A stretch of DNA of 63,010 bases, filler included, from Reticulomyxa filosa (lineage: Eukaryota; Protista; Foraminifera), in NCBI GenBank assembly GCA_000512085.1. It is 22 parts of 22 records of this genome, joined end to end, with 100 filler letters (N's around TTAATTAATTAA, not from the genome) between each part and the next. Parts side by side here need not be neighbours in the genome. Positions count along the whole stretch, not along the records: positions 49,701 to 54,459 come from ASPP01008640.1; positions 54,560 to 59,165 come from ASPP01020109.1; positions 59,266 to 60,663 come from ASPP01027653.1; positions 60,764 to 61,910 come from ASPP01040925.1; positions 62,011 to 63,010 come from ASPP01034819.1; 17 more parts are not named here. One strand, 5' to 3'. Below the pieces are notes generated by a model. The model was given only the letters and a program-made list of their open reading frames with translations, searched no databases and had not been told where the DNA came from. Both the position numbers and the translations under genes were made by a program. Below are positions 51,446 through 63,010 of this stretch, one piece after another. Positions within the stretch are counted from its first letter, which is position 1; each line of letters starts with the position of its first letter.

Positions 51446-52613
51446 TAATAATAATAATAATAAAATAAAATAAAATAAAAAATAATAAAAATGAAAAATT
51501 GATAAATATAATGGTAAACAGATGTACCTTGTCAAAATTCAAAGAACACCATGAGTCTCTTGAGAATGGCAGTTTGTCGGTGGAAATGGACAAGCCTCCA
51601 TTCACATCGACGGAGACAGCAGAAATTCCGTTCATTCTCCACAAGAGAGCGCATGGCATGAAACGACGACAGTGACGGTAGTTTTGATCGCACAGAGTCT
51701 TCAGCGTGTGCGGCGGCACTTGAGCGACGATTGGGATTTCGTCTAGCAATGCGTTGACTCCACACTGTCCGAAATAGCTGACGAATGTGTTATGCACGCA
51801 GGCAAATTTGTATTTCTCAATGATCTTGCGATCGGTAATGGAGTCGTTTGCATTGAGCGCTTTCAAGTCATCGGTAAAGGCAGAACCAGATCACTCAATG
51901 CTTCGTACTCGGGTGGTGCGATCACTTTACATAAGTACAGGCGTTCGTTACTAATACTCGGTACCGTTGCTTTTTTTTTCGGCACGGGGCTCAATATTTC
52001 GGCAAACGTGAATCCAATGCCATCAATCAACCACCCGGAAAACCCATATATACCACACAGCCCAAACTTGTCCGGAGCCTTTAGACTTTGCTTTTGGAGT
52101 GGATTGCCGTTGTTATCTTTCATTATGCCACAACTCAAGAAGGTTTTATTACTTAAATAGAATATCAGTCCACGAATTCCTTTTTTTTTTTTTTTTTTTT
52201 TTATTAATATATTTTTTTTTTCTTTTTTTTTTTTAAAAAAAAAACTAAACATAACCGTTGTGCTCCGCTCCATAGAATACGTCCACAGCATTAACGTATA
52301 CGTGTTCGTTTGGCTGAGAGATGGTTAGAACTTGGGTAGCCTGGAGCCCGTGAGGGGGGTTCCCCGCGTTGCTGAACGTCACTTGCTTTTCCTTGCCAGT
52401 GTTGAGACAGGAGTACGTGAAGCCACGGACCAAAATGGAAGGGGTGGCGAACGCACTACTCATTTGAATGGTGATGGAGCGGATGGGCTCTCCTTCCTCG
52501 CTATTGTACTCAAAGGAGCTCCCACCATTGCCACCAGCGTATGGAGACCGATAAAATTCTTTCAATCGCATTTCCGCAAGTGTCTGTTGTACATTCATCA
52601 CATATGTTATTAC

Positions 52614-52645
<32 letters not shown>

Positions 52646-54328
52646 GTGTTTTGCAATAAAATTGCATTATATATGTATATATGTATATATACATACCTCT
52701 TTGGATGGCAAAGGATCAATAACAGCAATTACTTGCAACGACTGTGGCAAGGCGACACAAGGGATCAGTTTGGAATTGGATTGTGCATCGGCATCGAGCG
52801 ACACGACGACACTCGTGCACGGAGTGGTATCGGACGAGACGAGTCGCTGACGATAGGAGTCGGCGACGCAGTGCTGGTGAAGCAAGTATTCGTGCTTGTC
52901 TTTGGAATTGAGCACAGGTTGCCAAATGGACAGTCCGTGGTTGGAAGGGTGCGGAAATTCGAAATACGCGACCGGATAATGTTTCGTGGTAAGTCGAATG
53001 GTCAAAGGTTGGACGTGATTGGTGACGGATTCTTTCGGATTGATATCAGTTGAGGTTGCATTAGTTTGTTTTTCTTTTTCCTTTTCTTTTTCCTTGTTCA
53101 CATCGGTGACCAGTTTGTCCAAGTCAATAGACACTTTAAACTTGCAAGGCCCGTTTCCTTGCGTTTGTTTGAGGACAGTGGTCCACTGTTGGACCAATTG
53201 TTTTCGATGACTTTGTTTGGTTTTCATGCCAAGCAAAAGGAAGCTCTCATTTCCATCCAATTTCTTTGCATTGGTTGGGAACGTGGGGACCCAAGATTCG
53301 AAATAAGGGGCCAACAGATGATGATAGGCGTGCGCAGAGTCGTGCACACAAACAAACAGCAGACACTCTTTGGGCAGCGACTGCAGCCATTGCACGGCGT
53401 CCAACGCGTGCTTTTCTTCGCAAGTATCAAACGTGTGACGTCGTATACAGCGATAGGTCAAATCGAAAAAGGGCTGTTTGTGCGTCTCGCAATGTCGCCG
53501 CAACGCTCATACGTCTGAATATCAAAGGCCACCATGCCGTGGCCTTTTCCATCGACTCGATAGTTATCCTCGTTCAGCTTCACGAACGACATCCTGGCGC
53601 CGGTCAAGTCTCTGCTTCCAAACGATTGCATATCCACCTCGAGCGTCTTGGGGACACTGCAATAGTGATTCACCAGATTCATGCTAAAGCGTAACAATGG
53701 CGTGGTCTTGTCTCGGATGAGCCAAGTGTCCATTGTCAGACGAATGGATTTTTTTGTTTGTTGTTCTTCTTGCTGTTGCCATCCATTTAACAACAGTATG
53801 TTTTCACACCACTTATTCTTCAATACTTTCTCAAACACCGACGCATTGGAATAATTCAACGCATGGAATTTCGCATTTCTTTTTGCGCTGTTGTGCAAAA
53901 TTTTTTTAAGCATACGTGTCGTCTCTTCCTCCACCGCTTCCTTCGATTCCAGCAACGGCTTCACCACTCTTTCTTCCCACACAGCAAAGTTGATACCGAC
54001 GTATACGCCGATATCGGTAATCACCCCTTTCGTTATCATCCCGTGGAACGCAAACACGCACAGTCCCGCAAACGGGTCACACGTGAGCGTGTCCTCGCGC
54101 AATGGATATTTTTGTTGCGATTGCCCCGATTGCTCCTTGGCCTCCAAGCGTCGCGTGGGATTCTCAGACGCTGTGGTCTTCAATTGCAACGCCACCACGT
54201 TTAATGATGAAGCATGCCGAATCACCGTCACTTCGCGAATCAATTCATTTGATTCTAACACAATCTCACTGTCTATTAGTTTCTTGGGTAATTCTTCACT
54301 GCTTGCTTTTATCACTGTGGTCTTTATC
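51024..54328 (-). CDS. Multidomain protein: jacalin-like, PUB, ILEI/GG-type, jacalin-like, C-terminal AZUL zinc finger; 5' truncated
   Basis: Collinear minus-strand ORFs separated by intron-like AT tracts. PUB: RMLKKILHN..KRNAKFHALNYSN..VFEKVL...ILLLNGW. ILEI: GHGMVAFD...TFDT...WLQSLPKECLLFVCVHDSA...SFLLLG. Jacalin: SPYAGGNGGSSF...[46 protein letters not shown]...KICP. Confidence 0.75.
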
Positions 54329-54608
54329 CTTTTTTTTTTTTTTTTTTTTTGCATTTCATTATTAAAATAATTTTAAAAATTTTTTTCAAAAAAAAAAATT
54401 TCTTACAATTTCTTGCTTTTTTTTTTTTTTTTTTTTTTTTGAAAAAAAAAAAAAAAAAANNNNNNNNNNNNNNNNNNNNNNNNNNNNNNNNNNNNNNNNN
54501 NNNTTAATTAATTAANNNNNNNNNNNNNNNNNNNNNNNNNNNNNNNNNNNNNNNNNNNNAAAAAAAAAAAAAAAATTGTATGGGGTTTTTTTGCAACTAA
54601 AACATAAG

Positions 54609-57600
54609 TGGTGAATCGGGTGCCGGGAAGACCGAGTCGACGAAGCAATGCTTGGCGTTTATAGCAGAGTGCACGAGCAGTGATAACAGTGTGGAACAAA
54701 AGCTGCTGAGCACGAACCCGATATTGGAATCGTTTGGTAACGCCAAAACAGTGCGCAATAACAACTCGAGTCGATTCGGTAAATATATTCAAATTTACTT
54801 TGATGGGAATGGGAAAATTGTGGGCGCGACCAATACCAACTATCTGCTGGAAAAGATTCGAGTCGTGCAATGTGTGGAAATTGAAAGAAACTATCACATA
54901 TTTTACCAACTCGTCAAAGCCGCAGACGCAAAAATGGTGTGAGCTATGTACATGTTGTTTATGTACATATATGTATGTGCGTTCCATATACTATTTTGTA
55001 CAGTACATGTAACAAACGATCAATTTACTGTGTATTGGCTATTATTATTATTATTATTGTTATTTTTTTTTTTTTTATTTAATTATTATACTAATTTTTT
55101 TTTTTAAAAAAAAAAGCGCGGGCAATTTAGTTTGAGAGATATAAGCAATTACGGATATTTGAAAGGCGTCAGTGATGTCCCCGGAATCAATGATGTACAT
55201 GACTTTGGGGAAGTGTTGACGGCGATGACCGATATTGGATTGGACTCGAAAGAGGTGAATTGGGTGATGCAAATGTGCGCGGCCATATTGTGGCTAGGAA
55301 ATGTGACGATTGAAAGCAAAGAGAAAGATGTTGGCATTACCCAGAAATCGAGTAGCATTACGGAGGCGGGACAAGAGGCGTTGCAGATCGCGTCCTCATT
55401 ACTTGGACTGCCACCACAAGCGCTCGCCCAAGCATTGACCAATCGCACATTTGCCGTGCGAGGAGGTGCGGCGACTTTGATCGGCTTGTCGCAAGAAGAA
55501 GCCTTAACCAATCGTGATTCACTTAGCAAATACATGTATGACCGTATGTTTGACTGGATTGTCAACAGATTGAATAAAGCTTTGGTAGCAACTTCGAACA
55601 TTAGCAATTGCAAGACTATTGGAATATTGGATATTTTTGGTTTGAAATATTCGAACATAATTCCTTCGAGCAATTGTGCATCAATTTTACCAACGAAAAA
55701 TTGCAACAGCACTTTGACGAGCACACCTTCAAAATGGAGGAAATGCTGTATCGAAAAGAAGGTATCAACTTCGACAGCGTCAACTATGTGGACAACCAAC
55801 CGATCTTGGACTTGATCGAAAAAAAAAAAACGGGGCTCTTGCCTATTTTGGATGAACAAACGCGTATGCCAAAAACAAATGATCAAACCACTTTCCAAGC
55901 CTTTTGTCTAACCCATAAGGCGACCAGCCATTTCAAGCCTTTTGTCAAAAAAGATGGCCATTTTGTCATTACTCATTATGCAGGAGAAGTGGTTTATGAT
56001 GTTACGTGTCTAATAATATCAAACATTTTATATATTATATTGTCGATTTTTATTTATTTTTTTGGGGGGCAAATACAAAAAAAGATTTTTTTTTTTTTTT
56101 TCAATTTGATTTTTATTGGGGTGGTGAATGAAACATAAAATAGTCGGCAGGATTCTTGGACAAAAATCGTGATTCGTTGCAAGCTGATTTAATTGCGTTG
56201 TTAGGGAAAGCGCAATTTGAGTTTATCCCCGTGCTGTTCCCAGACGCCATTGACTCGTCCAAAACCAAGAAGCTGTCGTTAGGTGCGCAGTTCCAAGAAC
56301 AGCTGAACAGTTTAATGACCACACTGCATGGGACTGAACCACATTACATTCGTTGCATCAAACCAAACTCGGACAAATTAAGCGACAAATTTGTTGGTAG
56401 ATTAGTCTTAGAACAGGTTATTTTTTTTTTTTCTTTAATTTAATTGAGGTGTAAAAGTTGATATACGTTTAATTGATTTCTCAATAACAAACCAAACAAA
56501 TAAAACATGTAAGTTAACGTATTCGGGAGTGTTTGAAGCAGTGAAAATTCGAAAGTCAGGCTATCCATTTCGAAAAGATCATAGTGACTTTTGGAAGCGC
56601 TATCGCGTAGTCAACCTCAACAAAAAATACCCCGATGACCGAAAGAAAGCCTGCCAAATATTGATCAATGACATGAAAATGAAAGGAGATGTGCAGCTTG
56701 GAAATACAATGGTATTGTATCGAGCAGAAGAGCACAACGAAATGGAACTGAAGCGTAACATCGCGTTAAATTCGACTGTCGAGTTTTTGCAACGCGTTTG
56801 GCGAAGATGGGACGCCTCGCATCTGTATGTCGAAATGAAACGTGTCAAGCCTATCTTGGACGCCGCCATTGCTAAACGAGAAATCCAGGCTTTGGAGGAT
56901 GCCATTTCAGAAACAGCTAATGTTGAATACGACATGAAATTGATACGTTACGTTTCTTATTACCAATTGTTATTCATTCCAAAATAAACAAAATAAACAA
57001 AAAATAATTCAATAAAAAAATCCTCGCTCCAACAGGAGATGCAAAAAGTTTGAAACAGCGCTTGATTCGCGAAAAAGAATTGCTCGAGGACATAACAAAG
57101 ATGTTGGATTTGCCAGAAATTGATAACGTTGTGGAGGATTTGCGAAAATTAGTGGCGGAAGCGAAAGAGTTGGAAATTAACAATGAATTGGTACAAGACG
57201 CCGAAGCACAGATCGAAATTTTCGAAGCGAAGCAAAAAGCAACGCGAGTGTTAACCGATGCAATTGAAGAAATCAAAGAAGAAAAGCTTAAAGAAGGTAT
57301 TAACTTGGCTGAATTGGCCGGATATTTGCCCGATGAGCCGTTGTTGGTAAAGGCAAAACAACTGGTTGCCAGTCTTGAAAAAGAAAGAGAGGTTTGTCAT
57401 TAACGAATATACATATGAGTATATATTCTTTTTTTTTTTTTTTTTTTGATTTGATACCTCTCTTTCTCTCTCTCTCTCTCTTTTGAATACACAAATCACA
57501 AATCAAACAGATCATAACAGTGTTGGAGGAACTGAGCAAGAAGGGCGGGTATATTCAAGAAGGTGATGCAATCAGCTACGAAGAGCTGCAAGTAAAGGTC

Positions 57601-59104
57601 GAAGAAGCAGAACGCTTTGGCAGTTTCCGCGTGGAAAAAAACAAGGAAATGGTGGAGCGTTGTAAAGCCCTCGTGAAATTACGCACGGTAGTGGAGGAAG
57701 TACTGGAGTCGAAAGAGCAGAAAGACATGGATCGTCTGAAAGAGCTGGTCGAAACGATGGCACGTACGGATGACTCGTGGTCTAAACATGCAGAAATTGT
57801 CGGAGCAAACGCAGTGCTGCACAAGTTTTTCAACAACGAAGAAGTGGAACAATTGCAAGATGCCATTGGCCAAGCCATGAGCGAAATGGATCACGTCGCA
57901 TTGAAGTTTCAATTGGACGAGGCAAAGCGAAAGCAAATCGACGAAACCAAAGCTCCAGTATTGACAGATGCTGCAAAATTGCTTGAGAGCATCGAAGAGA
58001 TTCGAAGGCTGTTGACGGAGGGTATGAAGGAAACCAATTTGATGGACGTCCGAGATGGATTGCAAAAAGCAGCAAACATTGGATACAGCAAGGCCATTGT
58101 GAAAAAAGCAGATTCCTATTTTACCCAATTGAATTCCTTCCACGCAAAAGCCGAAGCCGCATTGCAGTCTTTTAACATCAACGAAATGAAAAATTTGCTC
58201 GATGTGGCCCGGCAATGGAACGTCAACAACGAACAAGTCACTCAAATGAAAGACTTGGTTTTCAATACTTCGCCGGAAAAGCTATTGCAAATGCAACTTG
58301 CAAAAGTTTTTATTTTTATTTTTATTTTTATTTTATGTGTGTGTGTGTATTATTTTAATTACAAACAAAGCAATATAATGCCAATAATCACACGTTGTGT
58401 GTTTAACCAATGGTAACTTTGATAGGCAGTGCAAAATAAAGACACAAAACTGGTATGCAAGATAACCTACAAATTGAAAACGGTATTTTTTGAAAAGAAT
58501 AGCAACAAATTTGAGTGGGACAAATTTCCGAAATTGCTGAATCCAAAAGCCTGGGCGAAAACAGCTCGAACGCCATTTGGACGTGACAAATTGCGAACTG
58601 AGTTCTTTGTGTTCACAAAGAACCCAATCCACCACCCATTGACCGACCTGCGAACGTCCACGGAAAAGTCGGACGTGACAAGCACGGCCGTCAGCAAATT
58701 TAGCGTGCTGAAGAACGAAGCTCTGCAAATGTTTAAGAACATTATGGGATATATGGGTGACCGCCATTATGCCCAGCCCATATTACTGGTGCGAGATATC
58801 GTGAAGAAATGCATGACGCACTTGCCACTGAGAAATGAGGTCTTTTGTCAATTGATCAAACAATTGACGAAAAATCCTCGTCGCGTGAGTGAAGAGCGCG
58901 GTTGGAATTTGATGGTTGTCCTCTTGGACACATTCGCGCCTTCCACGGACTTAGAAAACTATTTGGAGCATTGGCTGCGAACCAATCCACCTCCTCACAA
59001 GCATCCCCAATTTTTTGTCGCCTTGTTGCATCAGACCATGTTTCAAGGCAGTCGAACAGAGGTGCCGAGCACGGAAGAGATTGATTCGTTGTTGCGAGGA
59101 AAAG
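54609..59104 (+). CDS. Unconventional myosin heavy chain with IQ motif, helical tail and MyTH4 domain; both ends truncated
   Basis: [42 protein letters not shown](FE) with a 1-nt frameshift near 55641, [27 protein letters not shown] and GYPFR. IQ motif LQRVWRRW. MyTH4: [11 protein letters not shown]...[23 protein letters not shown]. Confidence 0.96.
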
Positions 59105-59564
59105 TTTTGCAGCAGAGCTTTTATTCAACATTAAAAAAAAAAAAAAAAAAAAAACAAAAAAAAGGNNNNNNNNNNNNNNNNNNNNNNNNNNNNNNNNNNN
59201 NNNNNNNNNTTAATTAATTAANNNNNNNNNNNNNNNNNNNNNNNNNNNNNNNNNNNNNNNNNNNNATCGTCACTAATACAATGCAAAATAAAAAAGTGTG
59301 TGTCAAGCAACTTTTCCACTTATGTCTAAAATGTTTATTGATTATATTGATTTTATACTTGTTTGTTTCACGAAACTATTGTCTATTTGTGTCATGATCG
59401 TAAATGTAACAAGAAAAAAGACACAGCATTTTAATGCTCATTTGTATGCACTCAAAGAATAAAAAGTTTGAATAAGCTGTGTTTAGTCTCTTACACTTTA
59501 CAAAAAAGCTCTTTCCTCGCAGGTTTTTTTTTGGATTTTTTATTTTTGTGAATTTTACTTGAAC

Positions 59565-60630
59565 ATGGGAGTAGATGGACTTGGTGGTTATGCTCGCATG
59601 TGTCAAAAGCACATGTCACTTCCGGTGGTAAATCCGCAAAAGGACCCAACTTATCCCTATCGGTATGTGGTGGTTGACGGAGCTTCGTACCTGTGGAACA
59701 ATGTAAGAGGGGATTTCCACTTGGACTACAGAGCAATTCGAAAAGAATGCGAGGTTTGCTACATTTACAAATAGAAAAAAAAATAAAAAAATAAAAATTA
59801 AGTTGAAGAATAAATATCGACATTAGGACTTTGTGGATCAATTAGTGATCTGCGGGATGGAAGCGATAATAGTAATCGACAGCAATGTGTCGAAGGAAAA
59901 GTTGAGCACATGGTTGAAACGACGATCACAACGAATGAGCCAATTATTTGATTTGAACACAAGATTGAATCAACAAAGCAGTAAATCGATAAAAAAAGGG
60001 AGTCCGGGTTTGAAGTTTAACGACAACCAATGGTTCGCTCCCAATGGAGCGTACTTTTTCATTGGCCAAGCGTTTGCTTCGATACCACATTGTCGAGTGG
60101 TGTATGCACATACGGATTGCGATCGTGAGATGGCAGGTTGTGCTTCTTTGTTGGGACCGCAATGCTTTGCCATTCTCGCCAATGACAGTGACTTTTTCAT
60201 TTTCAATACTCCTTTGTACATTGAGCTTTCTTCCATTCATTTCGACAAATTCTCTCAATGTTTGCAATTTAATGGATGTTTTCACAATGATTTTTTGCAC
60301 AAAGTTTATATATATACATATATATATATTATATATATATTGTGTATATGATATATAAATACATGTTTGAATTTCAGGTTTTGTGTTTGACAAAATCAAT
60401 GTTAGTTGCAATTGAGACAGGTGCAATTACCTCAGTTGGCATCATTATTAGGAATGGATTTAATGGGGACATCTCATGGCCACTTGGCGATGATTTGCAA
60501 TCGCTATTCGAAATACCATCGCAAAATTGCGCTGGTCGAAATTGTTGCAAAATATTTGAGGGATTGGTGGAAAGAACAAAAACAAAAGGAAAAGCAAGAG
60601 TGTTGTAATGATAATAAAAATGCTGATGAC

Positions 60631-60663
<33 letters not shown>
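59565..60663 (+). CDS. Asteroid/FAM120-like PIN (XPG-like) nuclease-fold protein, 3' truncated
   Basis: MGVDGLGGY, VVVDGASYL, IVIDS..SKEKLSTWLKR, DCDREMA, AILANDSDFFIF and LASLLGMD. Confidence 0.85.
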
Positions 60664-62074
60664 NNNNNNNNNNNNNNNNNNNNNNNNNNNNNNNNNNNNN
60701 NNNNNNNTTAATTAATTAANNNNNNNNNNNNNNNNNNNNNNNNNNNNNNNNNNNNNNNNNNNNAAAGTATTGAGGTATTGAATTCGAAATGATTTGAAAT
60801 AAGTTTTCAGCTTGTTTCTTTATTTGGTCACAATAAAGTGACAAAAAAATACATAAAAACATGACCTAATAAAAAAAAGTTCTCACAAAAAACTAATACG
60901 TACATTAACATTGAGAAACTTCGTTATAACAATTAACCCCCATTGTTGGTGATATTCTTTTTGTAATTCCACGTGCTGATTATTATTGATCATAAATTTC
61001 GATCGATTAACAGAAGATAATATTGTAGACTTTAATTGTGGAAATGGTATGTGATCGAATATTTGTTTTATTTTTTATTTATGAACAATGTTACGTATTA
61101 TTCACTTTCGAAACAACAAAAATTAATATCCTCGATTTAATTGTGACGATATATACAACATCAACCTGAACATTGCCAATGTCAAGAGAGACCACAACAG
61201 ACAAGCGTATTTGTTTGGGCCGCGATGACAGCACTTTTTTTTTAATGTGTTATTATTTTGGGCGTCTTGGGTTTACACTGACTCTATTCTTTCTTGTTAC
61301 ATTTTTGCTGAGGAATACATTGGTGAAGGAACTCTCCATGTTAGATATGTTTGACTTGTAGATTATTTAAAGAAAGAAGAGCCAAAACTATATTCGTAAT
61401 GTCGAAGAGAACTTTTTCTAAAAAGGGAACACTTTTCCTCTGGAGAGAAAAGCCATTACTCAAGAAAAGTGATGATTTATTCCAAAAAAAAAAAATTTTA
61501 ATTTCAATTATCTGTGATTAATCCGTTTTTTGGAATCACAAATGTAGAACCAAAAATGAAATAACATACAAAAATTTACAATTATTTTTTTCAAGTTGTT
61601 TTGTCAAAATATTCAAAAAAATTACAAACTTACTTCTTTTTTATAAACATTTGTGAGTTGTTCATTTATGTCTTACTTAAGAAAAAAAGGTCTTTTTTTT
61701 TTTTTGGTTGTATCTATCTCTGTCTCGTACCAGTACATAATTAGGGTGCTAATCGCCCTTTTCGCAAAACACTGGTAGGTCTTTTTCTCTTTTTACGTTA
61801 TTTTGCAACTTAAAACGTAGTTTGTTGTTTGTCTTTGTTGAACAGTTCGCAAACTCCAAAAAAAATAAAAGATGTCATTTTTGTTTAGATGCTGTGCATC
61901 ATTCTGCAATNNNNNNNNNNNNNNNNNNNNNNNNNNNNNNNNNNNNNNNNNNNNTTAATTAATTAANNNNNNNNNNNNNNNNNNNNNNNNNNNNNNNNNN
62001 NNNNNNNNNNAAAACAATTAATTATAAATTGATATACAATTTTACATATACAATTATTAATAATAATAATAATC

Positions 62075-63010
62075 TTATTTTTTATTCCATGTTTCTTTAT
62101 CTTTTTCAACAAATGGTAAACCATTATGTATTGTATTTAACATTGCATATTCAATAGCAGTAAGTTTTTTCCAAAGAATATCTTTTTCAGAAAGAAAGAT
62201 ACAAAATAAATTAATATTATTATTATTACAACGTCTTTTTATAAATTGATGAATTTGTTCTTGATTATATTTTTGTTCTTTTTTATTATCTTGTCTTTTC
62301 CATTCTTCAAATTCTGATAATAATACAATTGTTTGATAAATATCTTCTCCACAACAATAAGTAAGAGCAATATAAATAAGATTTAAATCAATAGAATGAT
62401 TCCATATTGTACTAATTTGTATAATTTGTTGAATAAATTGATCATATATTTTCCATGTTAATAATAAAATTTGTGTATATTTATTATCATTTTCTATTTT
62501 TATATTCCATTGTGAAGAATATTTTTTATTTAAAATATTTGTAGAAGATCTTGAAAATAATATTTGATTATATTTATATGAAGATATCCATGATATATTA
62601 CAACTATAAATTGTAGGTGAACGTCTCATAGAAGGATGAAAATGTAAAATACATCCTTGTTTATTTGTTTTTTGTATTTGTGCAATTTGTAAATTATTAA
62701 ATGTATTTATATATGTTATAAAATATCCTGTTTGAATAGTTTTTTTTATATTATCTAATTTAATTCCTTTTAATACACAATATAAATCAATATTATTTTC
62801 TTCTCTTCTTTCATATTTATATAATATTTGAATAGCATTAGTTAAATATATATTTAAATAATACCATTTAAGATGATTAAATTGTATTTGATCATAACAA
62901 AATTGAATATTACATGATTTTTCAGAATATAATAATAATGAACAAATTTCATGTAATTCAAGTGGATATCCCATATATTTATGAATATCAGAATTAAATA
63001 ATAATTTAAT
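62075..63010 (-). CDS. ADP-ribosyltransferase-fold-like protein with degenerate catalytic motifs; 5' truncated, possible pseudogene
   Basis: Open 299-aa ORF in extremely AT-rich DNA. The order ELHEICSLLLYS...DLYCVLKG...GYFITYINTFNNLQIA...GCILHF...ISWISSYKYNQILF parallels the R-S-E ART layout (LYRG, STS...VA, ISxxxxExEVL). Confidence 0.5.
   Translation of the reverse strand: MKLLFNSDIHKYMGYPLELHEICSLLLYSEKSCNIQFCYDQIQFNHLKWYYLNIYLTNAIQILYKYERREENNIDLYCVLKGIKLDNIKKTIQTGYFITYINTFNNLQIAQIQKTNKQGCILHFHPSMRRSPTIYSCNISWISSYKYNQILFSRSSTNILNKKYSSQWNIKIENDNKYTQILLLTWKIYDQFIQQIIQISTIWNHSIDLNLIYIALTYCCGEDIYQTIVLLSEFEEWKRQDNKKEQKYNQEQIHQFIKRRCNNNNINLFCIFLSEKDILWKKLTAIEYAMLNTIHNGLPFVEKDKETWNKK

Noticed and set aside
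1828-62010. Regularly recurring TTAATTAATTAA palindrome flanked by Ns
   Set aside because: Identical synthetic linkers with stops in all frames. They are not biological repeats, and ORFs containing X runs are artefacts.
1-63010. tRNA, rRNA or spliceosomal snRNA genes
   Set aside because: None recognised by eye. A tRNAscan-SE/Infernal run would be needed to exclude them.

Overview
This window is not one locus. It is 22 short contigs joined by 21 artificial 100-nt linkers (N44-TTAATTAATTAA-N44), so gene neighbourhoods are meaningful only within a contig. Most contigs are AT-rich eukaryotic DNA with short spliceosomal introns. The expanded Kelch, WD40, 7TM and ART-like families resemble my recollection of the foraminiferan Reticulomyxa filosa; this is an inference, not a database result. 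Recognisable genes, mostly truncated: mitoferrin-like carrier, P2X receptor, protein kinase, POT transporter, cytochrome c1, MED31, DEG15/TYSND1-like protease, a double-DOMON surface protein, SCAMP, PIP5K, RFC3, MINDY deubiquitinase, GlcNAc-6-sulfatase, MyTH4 myosin and an Asteroid-like nuclease. There are also actin, Kelch and WD40 relics, and Tc1 and LINE remnants. One GC-rich contig (5607-6778) is bacterial and carries atuC-atuD-like genes. The best candidates for undescribed biology are: (1) a jacalin/PUB/ILEI/jacalin/AZUL protein with a C-terminal AZUL and no HECT after it; (2) introns with T-rich 5' ends and A-tracts instead of polypyrimidine tracts before the AG; (3) a short helical motif on the Kelch proteins, and possibly the SPRY-like protein, that may be a ubiquitin-ligase adaptor; (4) a catalytically eroded but open ART-like ORF. 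All translations across introns were done by eye.
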